DNA of 64,000 bases from a virus. The stretch spans positions 1 through 64,000 of the IMG/VR virus record IMGVR_UViG_3300027833_000028. The stretch is one strand, 5' to 3'. Numbering within the stretch: position 1 is the first letter of the stretch; each line of letters starts with the position of its first letter. The position numbers and the translations under genes were made by a program. Positions 17,820-28,206 of this stretch are shown one piece after another. A model generated the notes under the pieces. The model searched no databases, was not told the origin of the DNA, and worked only from the letters and a program-made list of their open reading frames with translations.

Positions 17820-20222
17820 ATGGCAGTACAATTTTTAACGGGACTAGATGTCCAAGGAAATTTAAATCTGAATAATAATCAAATACAAAATGTTATTATT
17901 CAACCTCTTGGCGCAGACCCGTCAGGAATTGCAGGTAAAATTTATTATAACTCTGGTACAAGTAAACTAAGGTTATATGATGGTTCTGCTTGGGTAGATT
18001 TAACAACAGGTGCAGATGGTGACACAACTTATGATTTAGAAGGTGTTGGTTCTACAAACGGATCAGCTGGTATAAGACTAAAAGGTTCAGATGCAACTGA
18101 TGATGATGTATTAATAGTAGGAGCTGGTACAACAACTGTAAGTAGATCTGGTAATACATTAACAGTTACATCAAATGATCAGTTTGATGGAACAGTTACA
18201 GATGTAAGTGCAGGTACAGGAATTACTGTCACAGGTACATCAACTGTAACACCAACCGTAAACATTACATATAGTGGTGCAGCCAATGCTATCTTAGAAG
18301 CAGCCTCACTAGCTATTAAAGCTGACGATTACTTATGGTTCTCAGCTAAAGAAGATAATACTATTTACAAGACTACTCTTGCTACTATGCCAGGATTTGG
18401 TAAAGATGGTACAGTTACTTCTGTAGGATCTGGAGCAGGTTTAACAGGTGGTGCAATTACTGCATCAGGAACACTAGCAGTAGATTATGCAGGTGCAGAT
18501 AACGTTGTATTAGCAGCAGCAGATGGAACAGCTGTTACATTAGCAGGAACTGATAAAGTAATATTTTCTGATGCTACAGATAGCAATGCTAAATTTGCAA
18601 ACCTATCTCAGGTAGCAACATATATTAATGCAGGTGCAGGTTCTGTAACTTCTGTTGATGTAAGTGGTGGAACTACAGGTTTAACAACAAGTGGTGGTCC
18701 AATTACAAGTAATGGTACAATAACACTTGCTGGTACATTAACTGAAGCAAATGGTGGTACAGGAACAGGTTCTTACACTAAAGGAGATATATTATTTTCA
18801 GATGCTACAAATTCATTAGCTAAATTAGGAATTGGTGGAAACGGGCAAAGACTTGCTGTTTCTTCAACGGGTGTAGTAGAGTGGGTTAATGACTCTGGAT
18901 CAGGTGTAACAAGTATAGAAATTACTGAAACAGGTAATGCATTAACAATTACTGGAGGTCCTATTACTACTTCAGGTACAATTAACATTGCTGGAGCAGG
19001 TTCTTCTTCTCAAGTAATATTGGGTGATTTAACTTTAGGATCTTATACACAAGGTACAGTAACAAGTGTTGCTACAGGTCCAGGTCTTAAGGGTGGAACA
19101 ATAACAGCTACAGGTACAGTTGAAGTTGATTATGGTGTAGCAGGTCTTATAGAAGATGCCCCACAAATGGCACAAACACCAAAGTCTGATGACTTAATAT
19201 TAATACAAGATGTAGCAAGTGGTACAGGTGTAACAGCTAAACAACCACTTGGTAAGGTTTCATTATCTGTATTTGATGCACCTACTGCTGATTTAAGTTT
19301 TGGAAACTTCAAACTTACATCTCTAGCAAATGGTACAGCATCAAAGGATGGAGTTAACTTAGGACAAGTACAAGCACTTGTAGCCGGAGTTGGTGTATTC
19401 CAAGGTGGATATGACGCATCTGCAAACTTACCAGCAATAGCAGGAGCAAGTAATATTGCTCTTACAACGGGTGATTTCTATGTTGTTACTAAAGATGGTA
19501 CTATAGCATTTAATGGAAGTACGGTAGCAGTAGAGGTTGGTGATACAATTTATGCTAATCAAGCAATTGCAGCAGGTTCTAATCCTCCAGCTTCAGATTA
19601 TGCTATAGTAATACAAGATCAAAACATTGCGGGTGTAGGTGCTACAGATGGAGCAACTGAAAAAGGTGTTGCTGGATTTAGTAGTGCAACTTTTGCTGGT
19701 ACAGCAACTGGATTCATTACTGTTAAAGCAGGTGGAATTAGTGATGCTCAACTAGCAAGTACATTCAACAAAGAGATTGGTACTAGTACAGATCTTGATA
19801 CAGCTGATGTAGATGTAGTAGATGAGATTAATGTTACTGATGGTGTTATTACATCAATGAGTAAAAGAACATTACCTAATGCTGCAACAGGATCAGTTGG
19901 TGTTACACAGATAGCAACACAAGCTCAAGTAGATGCAGGAACAGATACATTTAGATATGTAACTCCAGCAACATTAGCAAGTGCTCAAGCTAAAAGATCA
20001 TATACAGGTACTTATCCAGCAACTGTTACAAACACTTTTTCAATTGCAACAGGTGTTCATGGATTAGCTAACGGACCATGGATTATTCAAACTTATGATA
20101 GTAAAGGTGCACAGGTATTTATGGATGTTCTTGCTGATCAAACAACGGGAACTGTAACATTTACTACTTCTAATAACTTAGGTGTAAATGATATTACAGT
20201 AGTAATGCAACTTGTAGGATAA
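17820..20222 (+). CDS. Tail fibre protein
   Basis: G/T/S-rich with repeated GTVTSV..G.GLTGG.IT.SGT units. Confidence 0.85.
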   Translation: MAVQFLTGLDVQGNLNLNNNQIQNVIIQPLGADPSGIAGKIYYNSGTSKLRLYDGSAWVDLTTGADGDTTYDLEGVGSTNGSAGIRLKGSDATDDDVLIVGAGTTTVSRSGNTLTVTSNDQFDGTVTDVSAGTGITVTGTSTVTPTVNITYSGAANAILEAASLAIKADDYLWFSAKEDNTIYKTTLATMPGFGKDGTVTSVGSGAGLTGGAITASGTLAVDYAGADNVVLAAADGTAVTLAGTDKVIFSDATDSNAKFANLSQVATYINAGAGSVTSVDVSGGTTGLTTSGGPITSNGTITLAGTLTEANGGTGTGSYTKGDILFSDATNSLAKLGIGGNGQRLAVSSTGVVEWVNDSGSGVTSIEITETGNALTITGGPITTSGTINIAGAGSSSQVILGDLTLGSYTQGTVTSVATGPGLKGGTITATGTVEVDYGVAGLIEDAPQMAQTPKSDDLILIQDVASGTGVTAKQPLGKVSLSVFDAPTADLSFGNFKLTSLANGTASKDGVNLGQVQALVAGVGVFQGGYDASANLPAIAGASNIALTTGDFYVVTKDGTIAFNGSTVAVEVGDTIYANQAIAAGSNPPASDYAIVIQDQNIAGVGATDGATEKGVAGFSSATFAGTATGFITVKAGGISDAQLASTFNKEIGTSTDLDTADVDVVDEINVTDGVITSMSKRTLPNAATGSVGVTQIATQAQVDAGTDTFRYVTPATLASAQAKRSYTGTYPATVTNTFSIATGVHGLANGPWIIQTYDSKGAQVFMDVLADQTTGTVTFTTSNNLGVNDITVVMQLVG

Positions 20223-20237
20223 TAAAGAGTAAAATTT

Positions 20238-20283
20238 AAAGGGGAAGCATTTAAATTAAAAATTTAGTGTTTCCCCTTTTTTT
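20238..20283 (+). terminator. Rho-independent terminator
   Basis: AAAGGGGAAGCA...TGTTTCCCCTTT stem plus T tract. Confidence 0.85.
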
Positions 20284-20318
20284 AAAATACGTATATTGCA
20301 AAAAAAGAATAAAATGTC

Positions 20319-21905
20319 ATGGCTATAAGTTTTTTATCTTCAATAGAAATAACCGGATCATGCACTGTTACTAGTATAAGCAATGATAACAGTACATATA
20401 CTGGTATATTAGTTTGGGATGGTTCTGCAATGAAGTATAGAACTAAAGCACAACTTTTATCTGATATTGGTGCAGGAAGTGGAACAGGTACTGTAACCTC
20501 AGTTACTGTTACGGGTTCTAATGGTTTATCTGGTACAGGTACAATAACATCAAGCGGTACAATAACTTTATCAAATAGTGATAGAGGATCAGCTCAAAAC
20601 ATATTTAAAAATATTGCAGCAGCTGGTCAATCTGATATTGTTGCAGATAATAATAATGATACACTTACATTTAAGGCAGGTACTAACATTACAATAAAGA
20701 CTGATGTTTCTACAGATACTATTGAGATTATTTCTAAAGATACAACAACAAATTATTATTTAAGTTCTGCATCTTTTAATACATCTAATGGTGTATTAAC
20801 ACTTAATAGATCTGGTCTTAGTGCAGTAACAGTTGATCTTGACGGAAGATATGTTACAAGTTCAGGTGTTACTTCTATAGCTACTACAAACGGTATTACG
20901 GGTGGTACAATAACATCAACGGGAACTATTCAATTAGACAGTACTGTTATAAGAACTACAGGTAATCAAACTAAAGCAGGAAACCTAACATTAAGCAATT
21001 CATTAACTGTAACAAGTGATATACTTGGTAATGATTTAAGATGTAGATCAGGACAACAGCTTGTTCTTAATGCAGGTGAGTCTTACAGTCAAGCAACAGG
21101 ACAAACAAATGAGTTAGTTTATTTAAATGCTGAGTCAGGAATACAGATTAATTCTTCTCCTGATAACTGGAATAGTGGATGGGCAAATAGAAAAACAACA
21201 ACAATAAATGATTCAAGTGGTAATTCTACTTTTGCTAATGATATAACAGTATCAGGTGGTGATATTACTCTTGGAGGAACTGGTAGAATACAAGGTGTAG
21301 ATACAGTTTCATCTGGTACAGATGCAACAAGTAAAACATATGTAGATAATGCTATAAGCAATCATAGACCTACAGCACCAGGTGCTCCTACTAATGTATC
21401 AACAAAAATTGTAGGTGACACTATTGAAGTTATTTTTGGTAAATCATCAACAAGTAGTATAGATTACTATCAAGTTTGGTCATCAGATGATGGTGCAGAC
21501 TTTGGCATTATAGGTCAAGTACCAATAGATGATTTTTCTGCCACAATGACTATTGTAGATACTACCTTTAATACAGGCGGTACAATGGCATATAGAGTGT
21601 ATGCTGTTAAAGAAGGTGTATATTCAAGTCCTACATTGGTAAGTCAAGCATATACTGTAGGTGCATTAACTGTAGGTAACATGAGTGTTGTTAATTTAAA
21701 CACTGCATATTATGTACAATATGAAAAACCAGAAAGTAGATTCATAGATCATATAGAAATATATATGGATTCACAACCAACTCAAGCTGCATTGTCAAGA
21801 TCTAATGCATCAATAGTTTATAGTGGGCAAAACGCATCATATATGTATAATGTTGCTAAGAGTAGAAATTTCCATCAGTTTTGGGTTGAAGTAGTAACAA
21901 CATAA
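20319..21905 (+). CDS. Tail fibre protein with C-terminal fibronectin type III-like domains
   Basis: GTVTSV shaft repeats; APGAPTNVS...IDYYQVW...YRVYAV...S is an FN3 pattern. Confidence 0.8.
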   Translation: MAISFLSSIEITGSCTVTSISNDNSTYTGILVWDGSAMKYRTKAQLLSDIGAGSGTGTVTSVTVTGSNGLSGTGTITSSGTITLSNSDRGSAQNIFKNIAAAGQSDIVADNNNDTLTFKAGTNITIKTDVSTDTIEIISKDTTTNYYLSSASFNTSNGVLTLNRSGLSAVTVDLDGRYVTSSGVTSIATTNGITGGTITSTGTIQLDSTVIRTTGNQTKAGNLTLSNSLTVTSDILGNDLRCRSGQQLVLNAGESYSQATGQTNELVYLNAESGIQINSSPDNWNSGWANRKTTTINDSSGNSTFANDITVSGGDITLGGTGRIQGVDTVSSGTDATSKTYVDNAISNHRPTAPGAPTNVSTKIVGDTIEVIFGKSSTSSIDYYQVWSSDDGADFGIIGQVPIDDFSATMTIVDTTFNTGGTMAYRVYAVKEGVYSSPTLVSQAYTVGALTVGNMSVVNLNTAYYVQYEKPESRFIDHIEIYMDSQPTQAALSRSNASIVYSGQNASYMYNVAKSRNFHQFWVEVVTT

Positions 21906-21907
21906 TT

Positions 21908-22078
21908 ATGGCAGAAAAAGGTACAGGAACAGATAGAGAATATTGGCTAAATTGTTTAGCAGAATATGAGCTTGCACTTGAAGAAGAATTTCAAATGGAA
22001 GCTGGCTATGGGTTTAATGATGAAATGATACAATTATTAAAATTTGAAATAGAAGAATGTTTAAAGCAGCTTACTTAA
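21908..22078 (+). CDS. 56-aa acidic helical protein (MAEKGTGTDREYWLNCLAEYELALEEE...)
   Basis: ATG 21908 to TAA 22076-22078 fills the gap. Below the ORF-track cutoff. Confidence 0.7.
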   Translation: MAEKGTGTDREYWLNCLAEYELALEEEFQMEAGYGFNDEMIQLLKFEIEECLKQLT

Positions 22079-23787
22079 ATAGAAGTGATATAAAAGAAGT
22101 TATAGGTTGTGCTGCTAATGATTATGGTGGTCAAGTTGCTATTGTACCTGTGCAAAAAAGGGGTATGAGTAATACTACCGTATCTTCAGGTAGTGGTGAG
22201 TATGATGGTGGTGATAGATGTATAGGTTTTACAAACTCTTATGAAATAGATGGTGACTTGCTTTTTACAGTTGGTTGGGGTGATGGTTTTGCTGTACGTA
22301 GATTGAATGATGATGGTACTATGACCAGGTTATATCATGATACCTATTTTCTTTGGAGAGATACTACTAGTACTTATAATCATATTACATCAGTTGCAAT
22401 AGATAAAATAAATAAGAAGGGTGTTGCAATGTCATATAATGTGGAAGGATATACTACATTTGATTACAGCGGTCTTGTTAATGGAGGATCAACATTTGTT
22501 AAAGATCCAAGACCTACACATAGTAATCCAGATACTTTTATAGGGTCACAAGATACAGCTGGTGGTTATGTTAATAGAGTAGGTTCATCTTACTTTAGTG
22601 GTTTAGTAGCTGCAGGAGAATGGATATATGCAGGTGATCATGACTCTCATCATTACAAAAAAATAATGAGAAGAAACCTAAAAACAGGTGCTGAGGAAAG
22701 AATACAAGCTGATGATGCAGCTAACATGTATCCTGGATCTACTCCTATGGATAGGAATGGTTATAGGAACTGGATGATGTATGATGAAGTTAATGATAGA
22801 GTTTTATACGGATATTATTACAATGCCAATTTTGCTTTAGTGCTTGATGCATCAACAGCTAAACCAAAAATTGTATGGTGTGACATGGGTGATATTGGTC
22901 TTGGTGATGACGGCTATGAACAAGGTTGGTATATACCAGATCCTAAAGGAGCACCAAATGTTTTCTGGGTTGGAGTAAATTCAAGTATAGCTAAAGTTGA
23001 TGTAACACCGTGTTTTAGTGGAGCAAAAGCAATTTTATTAAAAAGGAGATATACAGAATCTCAAACACCTGGTAACAATTATTCTGTTCAATTTAGGGCA
23101 GGTACTAAATACCAATCAGATGCAGCAGGACAACCAACAGATAGAATGCCAGGATATGACTTTTGTCCAACAACAGGAGATAGAGGTAAAGCAATGATAC
23201 CAGGTTGGATAGATGAAGATAATAATAGAGTTATTGCATTGTTAAGATATAATGATGTGACTAATGATAGCTCTTCTTTAGGTAGAGGAAGAAACTATAG
23301 AGTAGATTATGGATCTAATATGACAAGAATGTATTCTACTAATGGGGTACCTTGGTGGATTCATAGTGGTTATGGTGCAGATGGTCATGGTTTTAGAATA
23401 TGGAGTGATAATTATAAAAATGAGTTAATAGGAGATTGGTCAATAACATATGGTGATTATACACTTGACAATAGTCAAGAAATAAATGTAGTTTATTGGG
23501 AAACAATTGATTGGTTTATTCCTACAGGGTGTTCATTAAGTTATTTTGTATCTAATGATGGAGGATCTACATGGGAAGGTTATAATACGGGTACTAATCA
23601 CGTATTTCCAAATCCAGGTACTTCTTTAAGAGTTAAGGCGGTTGCAACAGGCCATCCAAATAAAGCTCCATATAAGATGTCTGGTGATAGAGATGTGCTA
23701 GTATACGGTAGTATGTATCAAGGTGCTATGGATCCACAAATCAAAATGAAAATGACAAGATTTAAATTAAAAGGAAAAAAGAAATAA
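22057..23787 (+). CDS. Putative receptor-binding beta-propeller protein
   Basis: Rich in G/D/Y/W beta strands; Asp-box SNDGGSTW at 23551-23574; inside the fibre cluster. Confidence 0.6.
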   Translation: MFKAAYLNRSDIKEVIGCAANDYGGQVAIVPVQKRGMSNTTVSSGSGEYDGGDRCIGFTNSYEIDGDLLFTVGWGDGFAVRRLNDDGTMTRLYHDTYFLWRDTTSTYNHITSVAIDKINKKGVAMSYNVEGYTTFDYSGLVNGGSTFVKDPRPTHSNPDTFIGSQDTAGGYVNRVGSSYFSGLVAAGEWIYAGDHDSHHYKKIMRRNLKTGAEERIQADDAANMYPGSTPMDRNGYRNWMMYDEVNDRVLYGYYYNANFALVLDASTAKPKIVWCDMGDIGLGDDGYEQGWYIPDPKGAPNVFWVGVNSSIAKVDVTPCFSGAKAILLKRRYTESQTPGNNYSVQFRAGTKYQSDAAGQPTDRMPGYDFCPTTGDRGKAMIPGWIDEDNNRVIALLRYNDVTNDSSSLGRGRNYRVDYGSNMTRMYSTNGVPWWIHSGYGADGHGFRIWSDNYKNELIGDWSITYGDYTLDNSQEINVVYWETIDWFIPTGCSLSYFVSNDGGSTWEGYNTGTNHVFPNPGTSLRVKAVATGHPNKAPYKMSGDRDVLVYGSMYQGAMDPQIKMKMTRFKLKGKKK

Positions 23788-23788
23788 T

Positions 23789-26700
23789 ATGGCAACTATA
23801 CCAGGCTCACAAAGATTATTAGATATTGATGGTGACAAGTTACATTCAAGTGTACAGCTAGGCACTGATGATGCATTCTTGGATAGTTCAGGATCTGCTG
23901 GCTCAAATGGTCAGGTACTTAGTAGTACAGGTTCTGCTGTAAAATGGGTTAATGATCAGACAGGTACAAATAACTATGTATCAGGTGTTAGCTTTAATAC
24001 TAGCAATGGAGTTTTAACAATGACACGTTCAGGTCTAGCAGACCTTACAGTAGATTTAGATGGTAGATATTTAACATCTGCATCAAACTTTTATCTCAAT
24101 GGTATAACTAAATCAGGTAACATACTAACGTTTAGCGTTAGTGGTGCAACTAACCAAACATATACATTTGGATCAAATGCATTTAATAGTTCAACTATTT
24201 ATGCTCAGCCAGGTATATTTAGTGGTGGTGGTACACCAACTTTAGCTTCCGGTGTAACTGGAGCAGAAGTAAGGTCATTAATTGGGGCTGGAACAGGTTC
24301 AGGATCTATGAGTTCTTGGACAATAAAAGAAGGTAATGGTACTGAGTCAACTTCTGTTACTAATGGAGAGACTTTTACTATTGCTCAAGGTACAGGTATT
24401 ACATCTGAGATGACATCAACAAGTAGTGGTGGAACTATAACCATTACTAACACACTACCAGATACTGGTAGACCAGCAATATTATCTGATGGAGCAACTC
24501 CAACTTTAAATACAGGGATAACTGGAGCAGAGGTTAGATCTCTTATAGGAGCAGGAACAGGAAATGGTAGTTCTAACTTAGTTATTGGTACAACATCAAC
24601 AACTGCAATGGCAGGTAATACTACAACTATCACTGCTCAACAAGCTACAGATATTGTAAATAACAATAAGAAAATAACAGATAGTGGAACACCAGCAGTT
24701 TTATCTAATGGTACCACTCCTTCACTAAACTCAGGAATATCAGCTTCAGAAATGAGAAATCTTATTGGGGCAGGTACAGGTAATGGATCATCTAATTTAG
24801 TAATTGGGACTACCTCTACAACAGCTAAGGCAGGTAATATAACTACTATTACAGGTGCTCAAGCAACTGCCATAACTGCAAATACTGCTAAGAAAACTGA
24901 TACAGGAACACCAGCAATTTTGTCTAATGGCACAACACCTACTTTAAATTCAGGTATATCTGCTGCTGAAGTAAGAACCCTTATTGGAGCAGGTACTTCA
25001 AGTAGTGCTGGAGTTACAAGAGTAAGAGGTACTGCAAATAGAATATCAGTAACTGCAGGAACAGATCCTATAGTAAATGCAATTACAGGTACAGTAACTT
25101 CTTCTTCTGCTAATTTAGCAACAGGAGCTCAGATACAAACAGCTATTAATTCAGCTGTAACAGGAGTATTAAAGTATAAAGGAACTTGGGATGCTGCTGC
25201 AAATAGTCCAGCACTAATAAGTGCAAAGGGAACTGTTGGTGAATATTATATTGTTTCTAAAGCTGGATCAACAAATTTAGATGGAATTACAGATTGGGCA
25301 GTTGGTGACTGGGCAGTATTCTCTGATCAAGCTACAGATGCTTGGCAGAAAATAGATAACACTCAAGTAGGTAATGTAACAGGTAGTGGTTCATCAGGTA
25401 GAGTAGCATATTGGAATGGCTCATCTAACATTACAAGTGATGCAGGATTAACATTTAATGGCAGTACAAATGCTTTAACGGTTAGTGGTGCGGTAACTTG
25501 GAGTGGTGGTAGTTCAGCAGAATCTAATTCTGCATATGATAATACTATTACAGGATTCTCTGATAGTGGATCTTCAACAAAGACTTTAACATTAACACAA
25601 AGAGATGGTGGTACTTTAACAACATCTTTTAGTGTACCACAAGGAACAATGTCTTCATGGACTATTAAAGAAGGAAATGGAACAGAAAGTACAGCTGTTA
25701 CAAATGGTGAAACATTAACAATAGCACAAGGTAGTGGTATACAATCAGAAATGACTTCTACAACTAGTGGAGGTACTATTACTATTACAAATACAGATAA
25801 AGGTTCTTCTCAAAATATATTTAAAAATGTAACTGATGGTAAATTTACTACTACAGCTAATGTAAATAATGATACTTTAACTATTGTAGGTTGTAAAGGA
25901 ACAAATATAGAAATTGATGAAGAAGCACAGACTGTATCTATATGTGCCGATCAGCAAACATTATCCGTAGTAGGACAAACACTTACTATTAGTGATGGTA
26001 ATTCTGTAACAATGCCAACTAATACAGGACCGCAGGGTCCTAAAGGTGATCAGGGTATACAAGGTATACAAGGAGTTACAGGTTCCGCTGGTGCCAAGGG
26101 AGATCAAGGTGATCAAGGTATTAGAGGTCTTACCGGAGCTGCAGGAGCTGCCGGTGCCAAAGGTGATACAGGAAGTCAAGGTATACAAGGGATACGAGGA
26201 TTAACTGGAGCAGCTGGAGCAGCGGGAGCCAAAGGAGATACTGGAGATAGAGGTCTTCAAGGTATACAAGGAAATCCTGGTGCAGCAGGTGCTAAGGGAG
26301 ATACGGGAGCAAGAGGATCTGCGGGTGCTGCTGGTGCAGCCGGAGCAAAAGGGGACACAGGATCACAGGGTGCAAAGGGTGATACTGGATCACAAGGTCC
26401 AGCTGGTCCTAATGGTGGAACATATCACTACACAAATTCAGGTGATAATGCAAGTAAATATAGATTTTGGGGTACTTCATCTACTTATGGTATTGGTATG
26501 GTGTCCGGTCAATCTTATGGTTATTTAAATGACTATGCTACAGTATTCCAAATGAATAATGATGCAGACCGTGGATGGGTTTGGAAATATGAAGGTCAGG
26601 GAAATAATGATGGTGCTATGTCACTAACAACTTCCGGTAAATTAAAAGTTAAAGGAGTTGTTGATGCTGGTTCTGTGGCTATAGATGGTAATGAAGTAAT

Positions 26701-27292
26701 TAATATTAAAGGTGATTGGGTTGGTAATCCCACAGGTTTAACAGGACCTAAAGGAGACACCGGTTCACAAGGTATTCAGGGTATTCAAGGTGCTACAGGA
26801 TCTCAGGGTCCGGCTGGTGCTAAAGGTAATACAGGTAGCACTGGTGCTGCCGGTACTAATGGAACTAATGGAAGTAATGGAGCACCGGGTGCAACAGGTT
26901 CCACTGGACCAAAAGGTGCAACTGGATCAGCTGGAGCTACAGGAAGTCAAGGACCACAGGGACCACAAGGTGATAAAGGACCTACAGGTAGTCAAGGACC
27001 AACCGGAGACAGAGGGCCTCAAGGTTTAACTGGTCCAACAGGGAGCCAAGGCCCGCAGGGAATACAAGGTCCTGCAGGTTCTAAAGGTAATACGGGAGCT
27101 ACTGGTGCACAGGGACCTAAAGGAGATCCTGGTCAAGATGGTTCAAGTTTTCCAGTTAAGGTTGATTCTAAAGACAGTTCAATTAAAAGCATGGACTTTT
27201 TTGTTGAAGGACAAAAATTCCCTATTATGCAGATAACACTAGAAGACGGAACACAACTTTGCTTTACTGCAGGAGATTGTCCTAGATTTTAA
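23789..27292 (+). CDS. Tail fibre protein with internal repeats and two collagen-like segments
   Basis: 73-aa tandem repeats, a duplicated 49-aa module and two long Gly-X-Y tracts. Confidence 0.88.
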   Translation: MATIPGSQRLLDIDGDKLHSSVQLGTDDAFLDSSGSAGSNGQVLSSTGSAVKWVNDQTGTNNYVSGVSFNTSNGVLTMTRSGLADLTVDLDGRYLTSASNFYLNGITKSGNILTFSVSGATNQTYTFGSNAFNSSTIYAQPGIFSGGGTPTLASGVTGAEVRSLIGAGTGSGSMSSWTIKEGNGTESTSVTNGETFTIAQGTGITSEMTSTSSGGTITITNTLPDTGRPAILSDGATPTLNTGITGAEVRSLIGAGTGNGSSNLVIGTTSTTAMAGNTTTITAQQATDIVNNNKKITDSGTPAVLSNGTTPSLNSGISASEMRNLIGAGTGNGSSNLVIGTTSTTAKAGNITTITGAQATAITANTAKKTDTGTPAILSNGTTPTLNSGISAAEVRTLIGAGTSSSAGVTRVRGTANRISVTAGTDPIVNAITGTVTSSSANLATGAQIQTAINSAVTGVLKYKGTWDAAANSPALISAKGTVGEYYIVSKAGSTNLDGITDWAVGDWAVFSDQATDAWQKIDNTQVGNVTGSGSSGRVAYWNGSSNITSDAGLTFNGSTNALTVSGAVTWSGGSSAESNSAYDNTITGFSDSGSSTKTLTLTQRDGGTLTTSFSVPQGTMSSWTIKEGNGTESTAVTNGETLTIAQGSGIQSEMTSTTSGGTITITNTDKGSSQNIFKNVTDGKFTTTANVNNDTLTIVGCKGTNIEIDEEAQTVSICADQQTLSVVGQTLTISDGNSVTMPTNTGPQGPKGDQGIQGIQGVTGSAGAKGDQGDQGIRGLTGAAGAAGAKGDTGSQGIQGIRGLTGAAGAAGAKGDTGDRGLQGIQGNPGAAGAKGDTGARGSAGAAGAAGAKGDTGSQGAKGDTGSQGPAGPNGGTYHYTNSGDNASKYRFWGTSSTYGIGMVSGQSYGYLNDYATVFQMNNDADRGWVWKYEGQGNNDGAMSLTTSGKLKVKGVVDAGSVAIDGNEVINIKGDWVGNPTGLTGPKGDTGSQGIQGIQGATGSQGPAGAKGNTGSTGAAGTNGTNGSNGAPGATGSTGPKGATGSAGATGSQGPQGPQGDKGPTGSQGPTGDRGPQGLTGPTGSQGPQGIQGPAGSKGNTGATGAQGPKGDPGQDGSSFPVKVDSKDSSIKSMDFFVEGQKFPIMQITLEDGTQLCFTAGDCPRF
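24461..25000 (+). repeat. 219-bp (73-aa) tandem repeat, about 2.5 copies
   Basis: Units start at 24461, 24680 and 24899 (D[TS]G.PA[IV]LS[DN]G.TP.LN.GI...E.R.LIGAGT). Confidence 0.85.
26027..26413 (+). repeat. Collagen-like (Gly-X-Y)43
   Basis: Uninterrupted triplets from GPQ to GPN. Confidence 0.95.
26735..27148 (+). repeat. Collagen-like (Gly-X-Y), about 46 triplets
   Basis: Triplets from GLT to GSS. Confidence 0.93.
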
Positions 27293-27309
27293 TATTTAAA
27301 CTAACTATT

Positions 27310-27759
27310 ATGGCAAGAAAGAAAAAAACATCAACTAAAAAAGCAATTAAAAAACCTACTAAGAAAAGAGTAGTGAAAAAAAAGGTTGTAAAAGAAGTAG
27401 AGGTGCCTGTAGTAAAAGAGTACTTATCTCAAAGATTTTATTTTGATATTGAGTCTTTAGTTACAAATGGTAATTCTTTAATAAAGGAAATAGTATTTAC
27501 TTATACAGGTTCACTAGTTATACCTAAGTCATTAAAATCAACATATGAAAAGAAAAGTGTAACTGTACACGGATCATATATTGTAAAAGATACTGATGAA
27601 GGTGTTGTTACTACAACTGACTATAAACAACTATCAAAATCAGATGTTAAATCATTTTTACAAATGCATTTACGTGATGACTATATTAATGGAATGCAGG
27701 ATGTAATTAAGAAAGATTTACTACCTGAAACAAATTTAGTTGTTGATCTTCCTTGGTAG
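27310..27759 (+). CDS. Putative fibre assembly chaperone with a Lys-rich N-terminal tail
   Basis: Follows the fibre gene and ends DLPW, as many phage fibre chaperones do. N-terminus MARKKKTSTKKAIKKPTKKRVVKKK. Confidence 0.5.
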   Translation: MARKKKTSTKKAIKKPTKKRVVKKKVVKEVEVPVVKEYLSQRFYFDIESLVTNGNSLIKEIVFTYTGSLVIPKSLKSTYEKKSVTVHGSYIVKDTDEGVVTTTDYKQLSKSDVKSFLQMHLRDDYINGMQDVIKKDLLPETNLVVDLPW

Positions 27760-27774
27760 TTAAAAAATTATTAT

Positions 27775-27782
27775 TATCTTTG
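27775..27782 (+). promoter_or_regulatory. Bacteroidota sigma-A -7 element (TATCTTTG)
   Basis: Exact TAnnTTTG, intergenic, 31 nt before ATG 27814. Confidence 0.6.
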
Positions 27783-27813
27783 AAAAGTATACAAACATTT
27801 AAAACCAATTATA

Positions 27814-28077
27814 ATGGCAAAGAAAAGCAAAAAGATTTCTTCAAAGGAATTGACTGAAGTTAAAGAGCTTCAAAATCAAATCAACACACTACTAATGAAC
27901 ATTGGTAATGCAGAACTAGTTAAGAATCAATTAGTATCTAAACATTCAGAATTACAAGTTGAATGGAAAACTTTAAGTGAATCATTAGAAACAAAATATG
28001 GTTCAGTTAATATTAGTCTTGAAGATGGTGCTATATCTGATATTGAAAAAGAAGATGCTTCTCTAGAAAAAGCTTAA
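27814..28077 (+). CDS. Small coiled-coil protein
   Basis: Heptad-rich, ending LETKYGSVNISLEDG. Confidence 0.75.
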   Translation: MAKKSKKISSKELTEVKELQNQINTLLMNIGNAELVKNQLVSKHSELQVEWKTLSESLETKYGSVNISLEDGAISDIEKEDASLEKA

Positions 28078-28144
28078 ATCTTATTTCCATAAGTGTTTGC
28101 AAAATTTTTTAAAACTGGCATTAACTTGTTTGGTTTTAAAAAAT

Positions 28145-28156
28145 TTTGTATATTAT
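28145..28156 (+). promoter_or_regulatory. Recurrent promoter-like motif TTTGTATATTAT overlapping the arm of a long inverted repeat
   Basis: Identical to the 16439 copy; overlaps the hairpin at 28098-28150. Confidence 0.6.
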
Positions 28157-28206
28157 AAATGTATAGTTTACAATACGGCAGTACATTATAGTAAAATAAA
28201 ACATTT

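Noticed and set aside
24308-25795. Diversity-generating retroelement TR/VR pair
   Set aside because: Both copies are in-frame coding, differences are mostly synonymous and not adenine-specific, and no reverse transcriptase is in the window.
26280-27029. Alternative-frame + ORFs 26280-26528 and 26790-27029
   Set aside because: By-products of the Gly-X-Y codon periodicity in the collagen tracts.
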